Shown piece by piece: positions 12,626 to 24,600 of a stretch of DNA of 64,000 nucleotides. Both the position numbers and the translations under genes were made by a program. The notes beneath the pieces were generated by a model. The model was not told the DNA's origin, searched no databases, and saw nothing but the letters and a program-made list of their open reading frames with translations. The DNA comes from Eutreptiella sp. 'Long Island Sound 2002' (Eukaryota; Protista; Euglenida). The stretch is taken from NCBI GenBank assembly GCA_964036045.1, contig OZ038379.1, forward strand, positions 19,530,001-19,594,000, written 5' to 3'. Within the stretch, counting starts at the first letter, position 1. Each line of letters begins with the position of its first letter.

Positions 12626-15600
12626 CAGCTGGGCCGCCTTGTCAGGGAGCTGCAGACTGTTGTAGTACAGCGCCTGCATCATCTTCCAGTCCTGCCATTC
12701 ATCCTCCGAAAGCCACTGCCCGTGGCCCTCTGTTTGCACTTCTGACGTGAGCACAGGTCAGTACAGGCGGACGCGGGTGAGGGTCAGGCATGACACGAGG
12801 GACGGAAAGGGAACCTGCAGGGGGTCTTGATTGAGGGTACGGCCGGGGGTGGGGGGGTGGCTGCGATGACACCGATCCTCAGAAAATGCGAAAACAAATG
12901 CGAGCATCGCATTTGTTTTTCTCATGTCCGACGTGCGGGAACCCTTTTGGGGCGACTTTGCCCTGACTACAATCTTATGTAAATCCACTGGCGAGAAGGT
13001 GTAGGTCAGGAAGGGAAGGGTACAATATCAATGTGCATTCAGAGGACAGTCCTCACAAGGTTCATCGGTGCGGCGCGCAGAAAAATTCTTCGATGCGACA
13101 TTCAGAGGACAATGACGGCATTTGATGGAGGTAGAACGTACCAGAGACCCCTTTTTTCTCGCTTGCGCCAATCTCAGAATAGAAAAAAAAATAATTTGCG
13201 GCGGAATACAAACGAGGAGGAGAATACGAGGCGCACAGAGTTGCAAATCAGCAAGGACCAAAGAACGGGGCCAACGAATCAATTACAACAATCAATAAAG
13301 ACAGACGTTACATTACAAACCACGAAGCCATGTGCAAAGTGGCCCCTGAACTCACTTGTTGGTTATTTCGACCGATAACCACCCTAGACACCCCCGTGCG
13401 GCCTGGTGCTGCTAGTTCACCCCAGGGTGTGTAGGGTGGTCACCAGTCAAATCAGCCACGTGGACGTCAGGGATGCAAGGGGGTATTATTGGTTGATTAG
13501 AATGCCGACATCAAATGCAACAAATCCATCTGAATGACTTGACGTACAACCAATCAACGAAAAGAGTCTTGATCGGGTACTATCAATCTTGGGAGATTTT
13601 TATGCCGTCGAGAGAAAGCCCTATTCGCTCTTGTACGAGCCTGTGGATCCACTTCTACAACAAAAACTGTTCTGAAAAACGATTTTGAAGGTGCATCCCG
13701 CGAAGCAGAGGGGTAACTGCTCTGGTCACTTTCAACTCAACGTTTGTGGAATCCCGTTCCGTGGTTTTTCGCCTTCTCAGAATAATCTGGCGCTTGTAAT
13801 TCATCATCCAAGGGTTTGTGCGCTGGCCTTCCACCCAAACAGGGAATGACCTCCCTGTCCTATCCCTTCCCCAGGCACAGTATCGGCCTAAGCTTGCCCT
13901 TTCAGATCGGAGAGCACAGCTGGCGGAGCACTGGAGTCGGGACGGACCTGCAACGCAGCCCTCCTTCTTGCGATGGAAGGCATTCAGCTCCTGCAGGGCG
14001 GCCGCGAGCCGGGCTTTGAGCTGATCGTGGCCTGAGAGCTTCCGTCCCTGTTCGGCCACGGTGGCCTTTAAATGGCGGCACTGTGTCTCCCACTCACCAC
14101 AAGCGACCTGCAGTGGAATGTGCGTCAGCGAACAGAGCAAGACGCCCCCTGCCCCCCCCCCCCCCGTACGGTGACGCGTGTGATATCACGGGTGTGTGCG
14201 TGCTAGTGTGGGTTTGTGGGGCTGTTAGAGTTGCGCACCGTCCTCGTTAAAAGTGGAAATAGGTCTGTATTAGCGCCAGCGCTGTGGCACACCTCCTGTG
14301 GGGATGCCCTGGAGTCATTCAGATATGCCCCAAAACCATTCAGGTATGCCCCAGACCCATTTGGGTACGTCCTACATCCTTTCGGGTATGCCCTAGACCC
14401 AGTCCAGTATGCCATAGACCCATTGGGGTATGCCCTAAACCTATTCGGGTATGCCCTAGACCCAGTTGGATATGCCATGCCATCCCTGAATTGGTCTAGG
14501 GCCCATTCAGATATGGCCTGTACCCATTCGGGTATGCTCTAGACCCATTTGGGTATGCCCTAGACCCATTGGGGTATGCCCTAGACCCATTTGGATATGC
14601 CCTAGACCCGTTCGGGTATGCCGTACACCCATTCGGGTATGACTAGGGCATACCCCAATGGGTCTAGGGTGTATCCAAGCGCATCTAGGAGTCTATGGCA
14701 TACCCGACTAGGTCTACAGCACATCCAAATGGGTTTACGGAATACCCCGATTGGTCTCGAGCATACTTGAATGGGTGTAGGGCATAGTCGAATAGGTCTA
14801 GGGCATACCCGAATGCACGGGGTGGGCGTTGAACATTTTTTGGGACCGCTGCTTTTTGTGCTCCTGAGCGGAGGTTTTTCTTAGACGGCCCAAGTTGCCC
14901 CCCCCCCCCCCCCCCCCAAATGGACCCCATGTCACCAAATGACGGTCATCAAAAACGCGTTCTACAGGGGTGAAATTTTAGGAACAAGCAGCGCACGTCT
15001 ATTTCCGCTCGTTTTTGACTACCCCCATATATGTTTTTGGCACTTTGCGCACAACACCAACTTGAGGCTGGGCCCTGTGAAATATGGGAAAAATAGTCAA
15101 ATTCTGAGGAGGAACCCCACGGAATGCATGTGTGTCTATGCACGCTTCAATATCACTACACCAGCGGAGGCACTACTCGTCGACGCGTACCATGTTACTC
15201 AAATTTTGTTCTGCAGACAGTGAAATACTGAAGTTTGTCTGGAAACAGACAGATCTTACCAAAACCTGCTGCACAGGGACAGTAATCGCAAAAAGTTGTC
15301 TGGTTCCAGACACAAGACGAGTAACCTAGTGAAAAATTATTGTATTCCACAAAAGGAACTCTGGTCCGCAACCAAATGTCATAAAAAAGTCACAAAGGAC
15401 TGTCAGTCGCGTGTTGGTGAAGGGAAAATCGTCAAAATGGACCACTGGGACCCAGAGAGCAGACTGGCACGCCAACAGGGTGCCACAGTGATTACATGTT
15501 ACGAATAGATAATGTGGTCACTGAGCAGGTTTACAACAACAGTGTGCAACCAACAGCAACTGCAATAATGCAGGTTTCGTTCTTCTTGGAGCCATTGAAT

Positions 15601-18600
15601 CGGTCCTTCCATGCCTGAAACCCAATCTTGGCCTTCTTGGAAGCAGACGACTGAGAATCGGTTCCCGCAGCTGCAGGCTCATCAGAAGGTGATGCCTGTG
15701 CTTTTTTGTTGCCTTTGCCTTTTGTCTAGGATGAGGAGGCTTTGTTCTCGTCTCCCTTGCGTGTGCGACCACCTTTTTTGCCAGGGCTCCGTGCCTGCTT
15801 CGGTGTACAATACACAGCATTGTCTGGGGTGGCGCCGACGGCTTCCACTTCATCTTCAGACTCCTGCCCTCTCTCTGCCTTCTCAGGCACACAGCTGCAG
15901 TCCACAGGGCAACCCTCCGCGAAATTTTCAAACACTGCATTCCAGGGAATAGGGCTCAGCCCATCAGCGATGCGTAAATTGCTGCATACGAGGGCACCAA
16001 CGTCTGCAATAGACTCCTGCTCCGTGGGCAAACCCAACACCACACTGATGGGTACCGGCATGCGCACTGCCAGACTGCAAGCCAGCTGTACAGAACCACT
16101 GATAGCCAAGAACCACAAGGTAGTTGCTTCTGAGGGTACTGCATCTGCCAGGTGGTGCATGACAAACCCAACAACCTCCGTACACAGCTGGTTCACCATC
16201 GGACCACGAGAAAAGGCAAAGTAGCGAGGCACCTGTATAAGGGAACAGTGAGTCTGACACCCCTACTGGTGCAGCTGGACTGGCCGATGTCGTCTAGTTC
16301 CAGACACTTTCCCACAATTCACCCTTCTCAGGACGCATTCTGCGTTATAAGTGTCTGGATCCAGACAAACTTTAGGATTTAACGGTGCACACAACGTGAC
16401 TGTGGTAGCATGCAGCAGGTAGCAGGAGCTGACAGTAATACCTTCTTGGGTAGCGGATTTTTGGAAACGACCCACAGCTCAGTGAATCCCATCGAGTATT
16501 GCTGTGTGAGAGATCCCACAATAAAGCAAGCCACGCGAATTGTTGTCAACCCCTCGTTGTCGTGCAACTTTCGGAGACCATCCAACACTCCCAAGACGTC
16601 ACAAGCCTCGCCAACAATGAGAACAAGCGGCCCAGACACCAAATTGCGACTGACAACGGAATGGATGCCTTCCATATGTCCCTTTGGAACTTCAACAATG
16701 ATCAGGCAATACGGCATGTTGGCCACCGTAGAGTGCAGCGGAGTACCAGATGCCATCCCAGTGATATGCATGACCCCATCCAGGGACTTGCTGTCAGTCA
16801 CCCCCGCCTCTGGGGCCTCAGACCCAATGTTCACGGTGATGAAGTTGACATCAGCAGCAATCTTGATCTCAGGGTTCACAAGGGGACGTTTAAGGGCATC
16901 ACGGAGGGGAGCATACGTGGGGTCACTCCAGATTGCAGCAGTTACGACATACTTCCAGGGGGGCCAGCAGTTCTGCTCAGACCACTTCCAAGTGTACGTC
17001 TTGAAGGTGACATGGCTCTTCGACAATAGACACTATTCACAATGGGCCCGTTCTGCAAGCGTTTTGCGACTGGGGTCAACCAAGTCGTTGTCCGGGTGGC
17101 AGAGATGATGTCCCCACAGACGTGCAGCCTTCAGTTGCTTTGCCTTCTTTGTAATCATTGGCAGTGACACATTGCTGGAGCCCATGTACTGTGTAACCTC
17201 GCCTCAAAGCGTCCACCGCTCGTGGGAACTCCCGGAAACTGGCTACTATGGTCTGTGCTGTTTGCGGGATGCGTTGGAGAAGATCGTCAAGTGTAGGGAA
17301 ACCCGGGTACATAGCAATCGCAGTTGTATGCAACACTGACATGGCAGTGATGTTTAGACAGCAATCAGGTCGTACCGGGTCACTGCAGTACCGTCTGCGA
17401 TACCAGTTGTCAAACTGCACCACCACCTGCTTCCCTGCCATTGATTTCCAAATGGCGTTTGTTCTGGCATGTGCCTGTTGCCCCAAAGGCGGTAACCGGC
17501 CCGCAGCAAAACCTGCATGTGACAATTGTCTCCGCATCCCCCTGGATGCACTTATCAGTGAGCCAACAGCCTTTTCCTCTGGCAGAGCCATCTTCCTACA
17601 CAGTTGCATCATCGTGTACACCTGGCGTGCAAACACTCCATACCACCTTGGCCAAGGTGATTGCCCATGAGCTTTAGTCAACGTTGCCATACTGCGTTTG
17701 GTTCGCCGGTTGACCCTCATCTGTGCGCAGAACTCCACAAGCAGGGCTGCACCTGGTTCCTCATTGCGTAAAGCGGCATCCATAAGCTCCAGCAGTGTAC
17801 CATACTTCGCTCCGCGTAAGAAGTCACGCAAGAGACGAAAGGGATCTGTTGCAGCACGGCTCATCAACGGTGGAACAGAACCAGACTAAACAAAACGGTG
17901 AACAACAACGAAACAAACCTGCTCAGTGACCAGACAATTGGTGGAGAGTGTCTGGAACCAGACACCGTTCAATAAAATGTGTATCTTAATCACGGAATTT
18001 CACCAAAATGTCTGGAACCAGACACATTCTCCATATTATTGGGGTGTACAGAAGACGTTTGACACTTGCAACAGACACCCGGTGACCCCCCCCCCCTGAA
18101 AGGGTGTAAATTGTTTAGTTTGTCTGGAACCAGATACTGCGACCTCAAAAACTGGGTTTCACAGGGGTGGAATTTGAAAGAGTGTATGGTTCTAGACACT
18201 TTTCGAAATTCCAAGAGAAGGGTACATAGGTGGACAAAGACAACACAGCACAAAGCAAAACTTGTTCACTGAAGCGTAAAAATTGACCATGCGCAGTCAC
18301 CTGGGTTTGTGTGCGTGGATATGAGAACCACAAAAACTGGCTGTCAAGCAGTCAAATTCAGGTACGCGTCTGAATGACTAAAAAACAGGCTATGAAATTT
18401 CCCACCGGCCGAAATGGCCCTTTTTGGGTGTTTTGGGCCGATTTACCGGGGTGGGCAACTTGGGCCGTCTAAGTTTTTGTGCCGCGCTTGTAGAGGGAAT
18501 GAAGGACTCAGCCATGTTTGCGATTGTGCATTTTGTTCATAACAACACTGTACCACCCATTGAACCCCATGCTGTTTGTTTTGATGTGAATTTCAGCCAT

Positions 18601-21600
18601 GACGAACACTGTAATCAAAGCCAGCTCCAAAGGGCAAGCATGTCCAATTGTTCAAGATGAGGCGGAAGGTTGGAAAGGGCTTCTATTCCAAGGCACTTGA
18701 TGCCCTCGACAGCAAATAAGGACGGGCAGAATGTTTGAAAAGGTGCTTGTGCGTTGTACCATGCTTTGTGTAAGGTTTGAGGCCTGTTCGTGCCTTGTGG
18801 TTAAGTGTGTCAGATAAGGTTGTGGGTTAGCTCGGTGACGCAACATGTGCCCTCCCCACGACGACGGTGATGCTGGCCCCGCTAGACCACTTCTCGACCC
18901 CCTTACTTTGCCAATCAGCAGCGCACCGGGCATGCAAGCGGACCCTCGATAGACAGGACTGTGCTCGAACTGTGGAGCCTCGTGACGCTTGTTCGGTGGA
19001 TGAGAAATATGACCGTGGTGAATGTGGAGTGTTCATTGATCTAGAGCTGTAGTGGGATGGGACGGCAAAACTGCGGAGGTGCCTTCGGCGCCTCTACAAG
19101 GCTGGTTGGCGTGTGCCGGCACCATCACGTGCTCACAGAAAGCTATGACAGGGGGGGAGTGTTTGCCCTGCACGGTCCCTGCGCGCTACTTTTATGATGA
19201 CTTTCCCAGATTGAGTCCCCAAGTTTACCATTACCATATGAAGCCCCCGAGTAGACCAATCGCTGCCTCTTGCCTACCAAATGAAGCAACACACCAGCCA
19301 TGCACAACATTGAACAAGAAAAGCATACGTGAATCACCTTCAAAACTTTGTTCTGCCAAATTTGTTCACTCGAATTGAACAAGCAACACTGTTCAATAAA
19401 CAGTCTTCTGCCCACAGGTGTGCAGGTCAATGCATTCCACACAATAATTCAAATGACATTCACCACATTCTGTCATAGTGTGCTTTTGACAGCACAATGC
19501 ACATATATCAACCTCCTCCCCAACATCATCTTGGTTGTCATCCTCAACGGTTGCTTCGGTGCTCTTCCAAACATGGGGGGGAACATGTTCCCACGGCCCT
19601 TACGGAGGGTAACGGACCTACATGCATGCAGTGCCTTGTCTAGGTGCGGGGTGGGCGTTGAACCATTGTTTTACTTGGACTTTTGGGACCGTGGCTGTGC
19701 TTGCGCAAGGGGTGTGGGGGGTTAGGGCATACTTGAATGGGTCTAGGGCAGACGCGAATGGGTCAAACACTATCGAATGGACATGCCCCAATCATTTACA
19801 AAGGGTGGGGGATGCACCAAGCCACGACCATATGTAAAAGCAGCAGCACAGGCACATGAATATGCACAAGAGAAAAGAACCCCTTGTGTGACATTCCGTT
19901 TGGTCGTTGTTTCTTTACGGGGCCCTGGACAGTCACCCGTTCTTCCCTTCGCATGTTGCGTCAGGTCGCTACTTTCTGTCGGCCGCTGCGGCTGGTACTC
20001 TTGCTGGTGTCGTCTCCGCATTTGCGGAGCCCAGTGGTTGGTGTGCTGGGGCTGTGCTGGATGTGGCATGATGTGCCGTTTGCGCGTCACAGGCACCCAG
20101 TAGTTGGTGTATTGACGGTGTGCTTGTTGTTGTGGAGGGCGTTTGATTGTGTTTACTGTCTACACACCTCCGTCCTCAGGCCATCCACAACCTGCCTCGC
20201 TGTGTTTCTGTGTGGCCCAGGTGCCCTGTTCCTCAACGTGTTGTCCCGGCCGTCCACCACATACGCTCCCCTACTCCGTGGGTCGCGTGTGCACAGGACG
20301 CGTTCCTTGTTGGTTGCAGGTAGCTTGTGCTTCACAGGTGGCGTGCGCTCCATCATGGTTGACGCGGGTGGCATGCGCACCTGCATGGTGTCCCGAGTGA
20401 TTTACGCTGCACGGTGGCCGCACCGCCATCCTTGGTTCTGCCCACCCCGGTTTTGTCGGAGGGCCCACCATTCCTTTCCACAGGGCGCCTCAGGGGCCCA
20501 AGCCGTGGCCCACTGGGTGCTGGATCCCCGGGGCGCAGACGAACAACGGCACTGTGCCGCAGGGGCCCCAGGGTTGGCTCCCTGGGTGCCTGATCCCCTG
20601 CGCACTGGTGGCTCCGCAGAACGCATCAGGGGCCCCAGTGGTGGCCCACTGGGTGCAGGGTCCCCCCCCTCGACATGACAAAAGCGTGTCTGAGACTCGT
20701 TGTATGGGGCCTTGAAGAGCCATGTGTCATTCACTCATTTGCGCGTGCTGCTGTTGCTCTGGTCTTCAACAGTGCTTCGACTCCTGCCAGTGCCGATGGT
20801 TGGTGGTGGTGGTGCTACTAATGCAGGCGTGCCTCTTCCGCGCCCAAACACCTGAATGCCCTAAGTTTATCGTGCCACACAAATACCCTCCTCCCTCTAA
20901 CTTACCCCAGAGGACCCACCCCGCATAACACTTTGCACACAGCCCAACCGCACAGACATCCCGCACTGTACACCATACGGCGGCGCACGGTGGTGTGGGG
21001 CGCGTGGTGTGTGATATTGTGTGACGAGGCGTGTCTTGTGCGGTGCATTGTGTCTGGTGTGTGATGGTGTATTGTGGCGTGTATGGCGCAGCGCGTGCGG
21101 TGGTGTGTGCTGTGTGGTGTACGGTGTGCCGTGCCTGGGGCATGGGGTGTGCTGTATGGGGCATGGTGTGTGGACATCGTGCACACTGCATACCACACCG
21201 CACAATCCATGGCGGTCACTCCCACACAGCATCCCAAATAACACCACACACCATTCACCACACACCGCAGCACAGCACACCACCCACACCTTGTATTTCT
21301 CCAATTCCTCCTTCAACGCCACGAGCTCTGTCCGGAGCCGCGCCCCCTCAGCCTTCAACTCCCCGCACCTGGACCCACTCTCCTGCCGCCCACGCAAGCC
21401 CCATGCCACCCACCAGACGAAGTGCTCTTGCCACAGCTGCGCCACCACGACCAACTCCTCTGCCTCCAGCGCCGCCCTCGCGGCCTCCTCCTGCACGACC
21501 GACTGGGAGCGCGCCAGACTCTGCGAGTGCCCCTGCACACGCTGCAGGTCGCGTGCACTGGCCTCGCGCTCCGCAACGGCCGCCGCGAGCGAGCCCTGGA

Positions 21601-24600
21601 CCACCTGCAGGTCGCGGGCGTGCGCCTCACGGTCCGCAAGGGCCGTCGCGTGCGCCGCTTGCAGTGCGGCGCGCATTGCATCCGCCTGGGCCTGCAGGGC
21701 TGCGAGGGAGACGCGGGCGGCGTCGTGGAGGGTGTGGGTGTCCTGCAGCTCGGTGCAGGTGAGGGCGTGCTGGGTCTGCAGCGTCTTGTGCTCCTTTTGG
21801 AGGAGGCGATGCGCGGCGCGGAGCTTGCCGGTCGTCTGTGAGCGCGTGCGGTCCCGGGGGTAGACGGGGACGCCGGGCAACGACGAGGAGGACGGAGGCA
21901 GTGGTGGGCGGGGGTTGAGGAATGAGGAGTGCCGGAGGGGGGCGGCTGCACGGTCTCTCAGTATCTTCTTCACTGCCTCGCCGGGCTCCCCCGCCGTATC
22001 GCGCATGCACAGGAATTGGGGGGGGCGGGGGTCTCTTGGCTTCTGACACGACTCCGTCCGTGACGCAAAACATGGACCGAGGGCCTTTACACGGCGGGGC
22101 TGGAGGGGCGGGGCTGGGAGAGGGCCCCAACACGTGTCCCTCACAACGCCAGTTCGCGCTGGTCATTTGGAAGTACAGAGGTACGGAATGGGGGCACAAA
22201 AAAAATCATCCGTGCGGGGGGAGGGGGGGGGATGCTCATGCGGGCGGAAGACACTGCGACATGGCCCCTGCCGCATCGGGTCACACACACACACAAGCCT
22301 TATCACCCCGACAACGCGGGATGGGCACGCACGCAGCCGGGACGTTCTTCTGGGAGGTCGCCATCGACCTTCCCACGTCTTTGGCGCCGGTAGTCCATGT
22401 TGGGCGCGGACCGGGGCACCTGGGCACGGGGGGGGGGGGGGGGGTTGCGAACCCCCCGACTGCGGAACTGCCCCCCGGTGTATCGGACAACACTGAAATC
22501 AAGTCACATTCCCATGCCACATCAGATGCCACGGTCTCGGGGCGTGCACCAGCCGCTGCGGCGATGGCCCCGGAGGGGACTGCCCACCTCATCGACTCCT
22601 GCAGTCGCAGGCTTCGGGACCTCGGGTTTTTGCTTCAGCGCGGCACACTCCGCCTCAAGAGCACGGCAACGCGCTTCCAATTCAGCGCAACGGTCCTCAA
22701 CGTCGAGTTTCTGTCGCAGGTCCTTGCGCACTTGCTCCAGCTCCTGCCGCGCGTTGTTGAGCTGCTGATCGGCTGCAGCGGCCTCCATCTGCGCCGTCTG
22801 TGTAGATGGGCTTGAGGCGGAGGTGCAGAAGGGGACATGCAAACACACGCAGACCCGGAGGTGGCAGGGGCCCAGTGGGGGGGTGCCGAGGGGATGCGGA
22901 GGGTGTATCTGTGGACCCCAACCCCTGCGGAGGGGGGGGGGGGGGGGCTTGGGTCAAGGCAGGCGTCCGAAGAGGGGGGGGGGGGGGCATTCCATGACTC
23001 CGTTGGGGGGGGGGGGGGTGTAACAGAGTCCGCCAGCTTCTGGACCCACCCCAATGAGACAAGATCCCTTCAGACTGCGGAGGGGTCACGGGGGCGGGGG
23101 GTCAGGGAGGGGGGATGTGTGAAGAACGGGGGGTGGGGGGCCCAGAGGGCAGCGGGGGTTAAATGTTTTTTCAGGGAGGACAACAATGGGGCGCTGAAAT
23201 CTGGGGATCGCCCGGGCACTTATCTCCCGGTGCCTGTACCAGGTCCTTCCCAACTGCTCCGAGCCCCGCCTGTGTCTGAGATGACGTGTATGCCTGTGTG
23301 CGTGCGGAGGTTCAACAGGCCTACATTCCCACCACCGCTGCAAACCATGAGTTCTGTGCTGGGCCCTGCAGGGGGGACAGCCCTGACGGGCAGACCATCG
23401 CCATATGCACAGGGGCTGCCAACACACCACGCCCCTGTCCCTTCAGCCTCACCGCAGAGCACCAACACACACGCGTGTGCCCTACCTCCCCAGAAACCAG
23501 CCCCATACATCCCTGAGGAGACGGGAGGGGGGGGGCTGAGAAGAAAACAAAATGGCCCCCCCTCAGGCTCCCGTGTGTGTGTGCATTTGTGTGTCCAACT
23601 CTGCCTCAGGTACACCGCTACCCCCCCCCCCCCCACTTGTGCTGCTTCTCCTGGGGCCTCGAATAGCTTTCTGCGCCCGTGCTTTTGCCTCCACCTGTGC
23701 CTATCCTCCAGCGATTTGAAGCTTCGGCACAGATGCGAGGGAGCCTGACGCCCCGAGAGGGGGGGGGGGGGGGGCATGTCGGGCCGGACGCCCCCCCCTC
23801 GGCAGCCCACACCCCCCTAAGCGATGGGGGACAGCAGCAAATGGGAACGGGAACGGTAACTCGCGCTGGGCATCCAACACGGCCCACATGGCTGTGGTGA
23901 GGGCCCTTGGGTTCATGGAGCTGATGATCTTACGGGATACGGGACTTTCTTCAGGGGCATTGATCAGAGTTGTGGTCCCTTGCCAAGGTGTGCCGAGGTC
24001 CAAAAACAAATAGTATTCATGCCAAAGATTGCTTCTGCCGAACCGAAGTTTGCCAGTGCCGAAGCATTCCCCTGTCAAAGTAGGCCATTGCATCGTGCAG
24101 CCCAAGTATTCCCCTGCATTGATTTCCTCACACATCGGAGAGGGCCCCACACTGGCACCTCATCATAGAGCCCGCGTTACGCCCTGCAACCGAACATTCT
24201 TTTTTTTGCTTCACAGGTCTGCCGCGCAGAAGGGCACGCGCATACCACCAGCTCTTGTCGCATGCCCGCAACCGTGGCCTCCAACTCCGCCAGTTTCCCT
24301 CGCATCTTCTCACAGTCAGCCTCCAAATGCGCGTTCTCACGCTCCAATTCCCTCTGTAAAGCCTCCAGCTGCTCGCGATCTGCTCGCAGTTCCTGGCACT
24401 CCCCTTCGGCAGCGTCCGTGCGCTGCCGAAGCGCTCTTAATTGCACCTCCATTTCCTGGATATGGTTCGTTTGACGCTGCAGAACATCTTCCGTCGTCTG
24501 CACGTTGAGGCAGGGTGTTGCAAGGGTGGGCGCCACAGACGGGGAACACGGCATCGAAGAGCCCGTTTGGCTTGTCCGGAAAAAGAGCTAGAACTGTCGC

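Larger units (their letters stand above)
14880..18473 (-). mobile_element. TIR DNA transposon-like element, 3594 bp
   Basis: Perfect 21-bp TIR CTTAGACGGCCCAAGTTGCCC (14880-14900; reverse complement at 18453-18473), flanked by TTTTT on both sides (14875-14879, 18474-18478). The flanks rejoin into a sequence matching the paralogue at 9330-9490. Confidence 0.85.

Noticed and set aside
14203-14542. Repeat-protein ORFs (GYALDPF)n and (AYPNGSR)n
   Set aside because: Translation artefacts of the 21-bp minisatellite.
21835-24500. Three consecutive acceptors reading CAG|ACG as evidence of exon duplication
   Set aside because: Exon sequences are otherwise dissimilar; likely coincidence.
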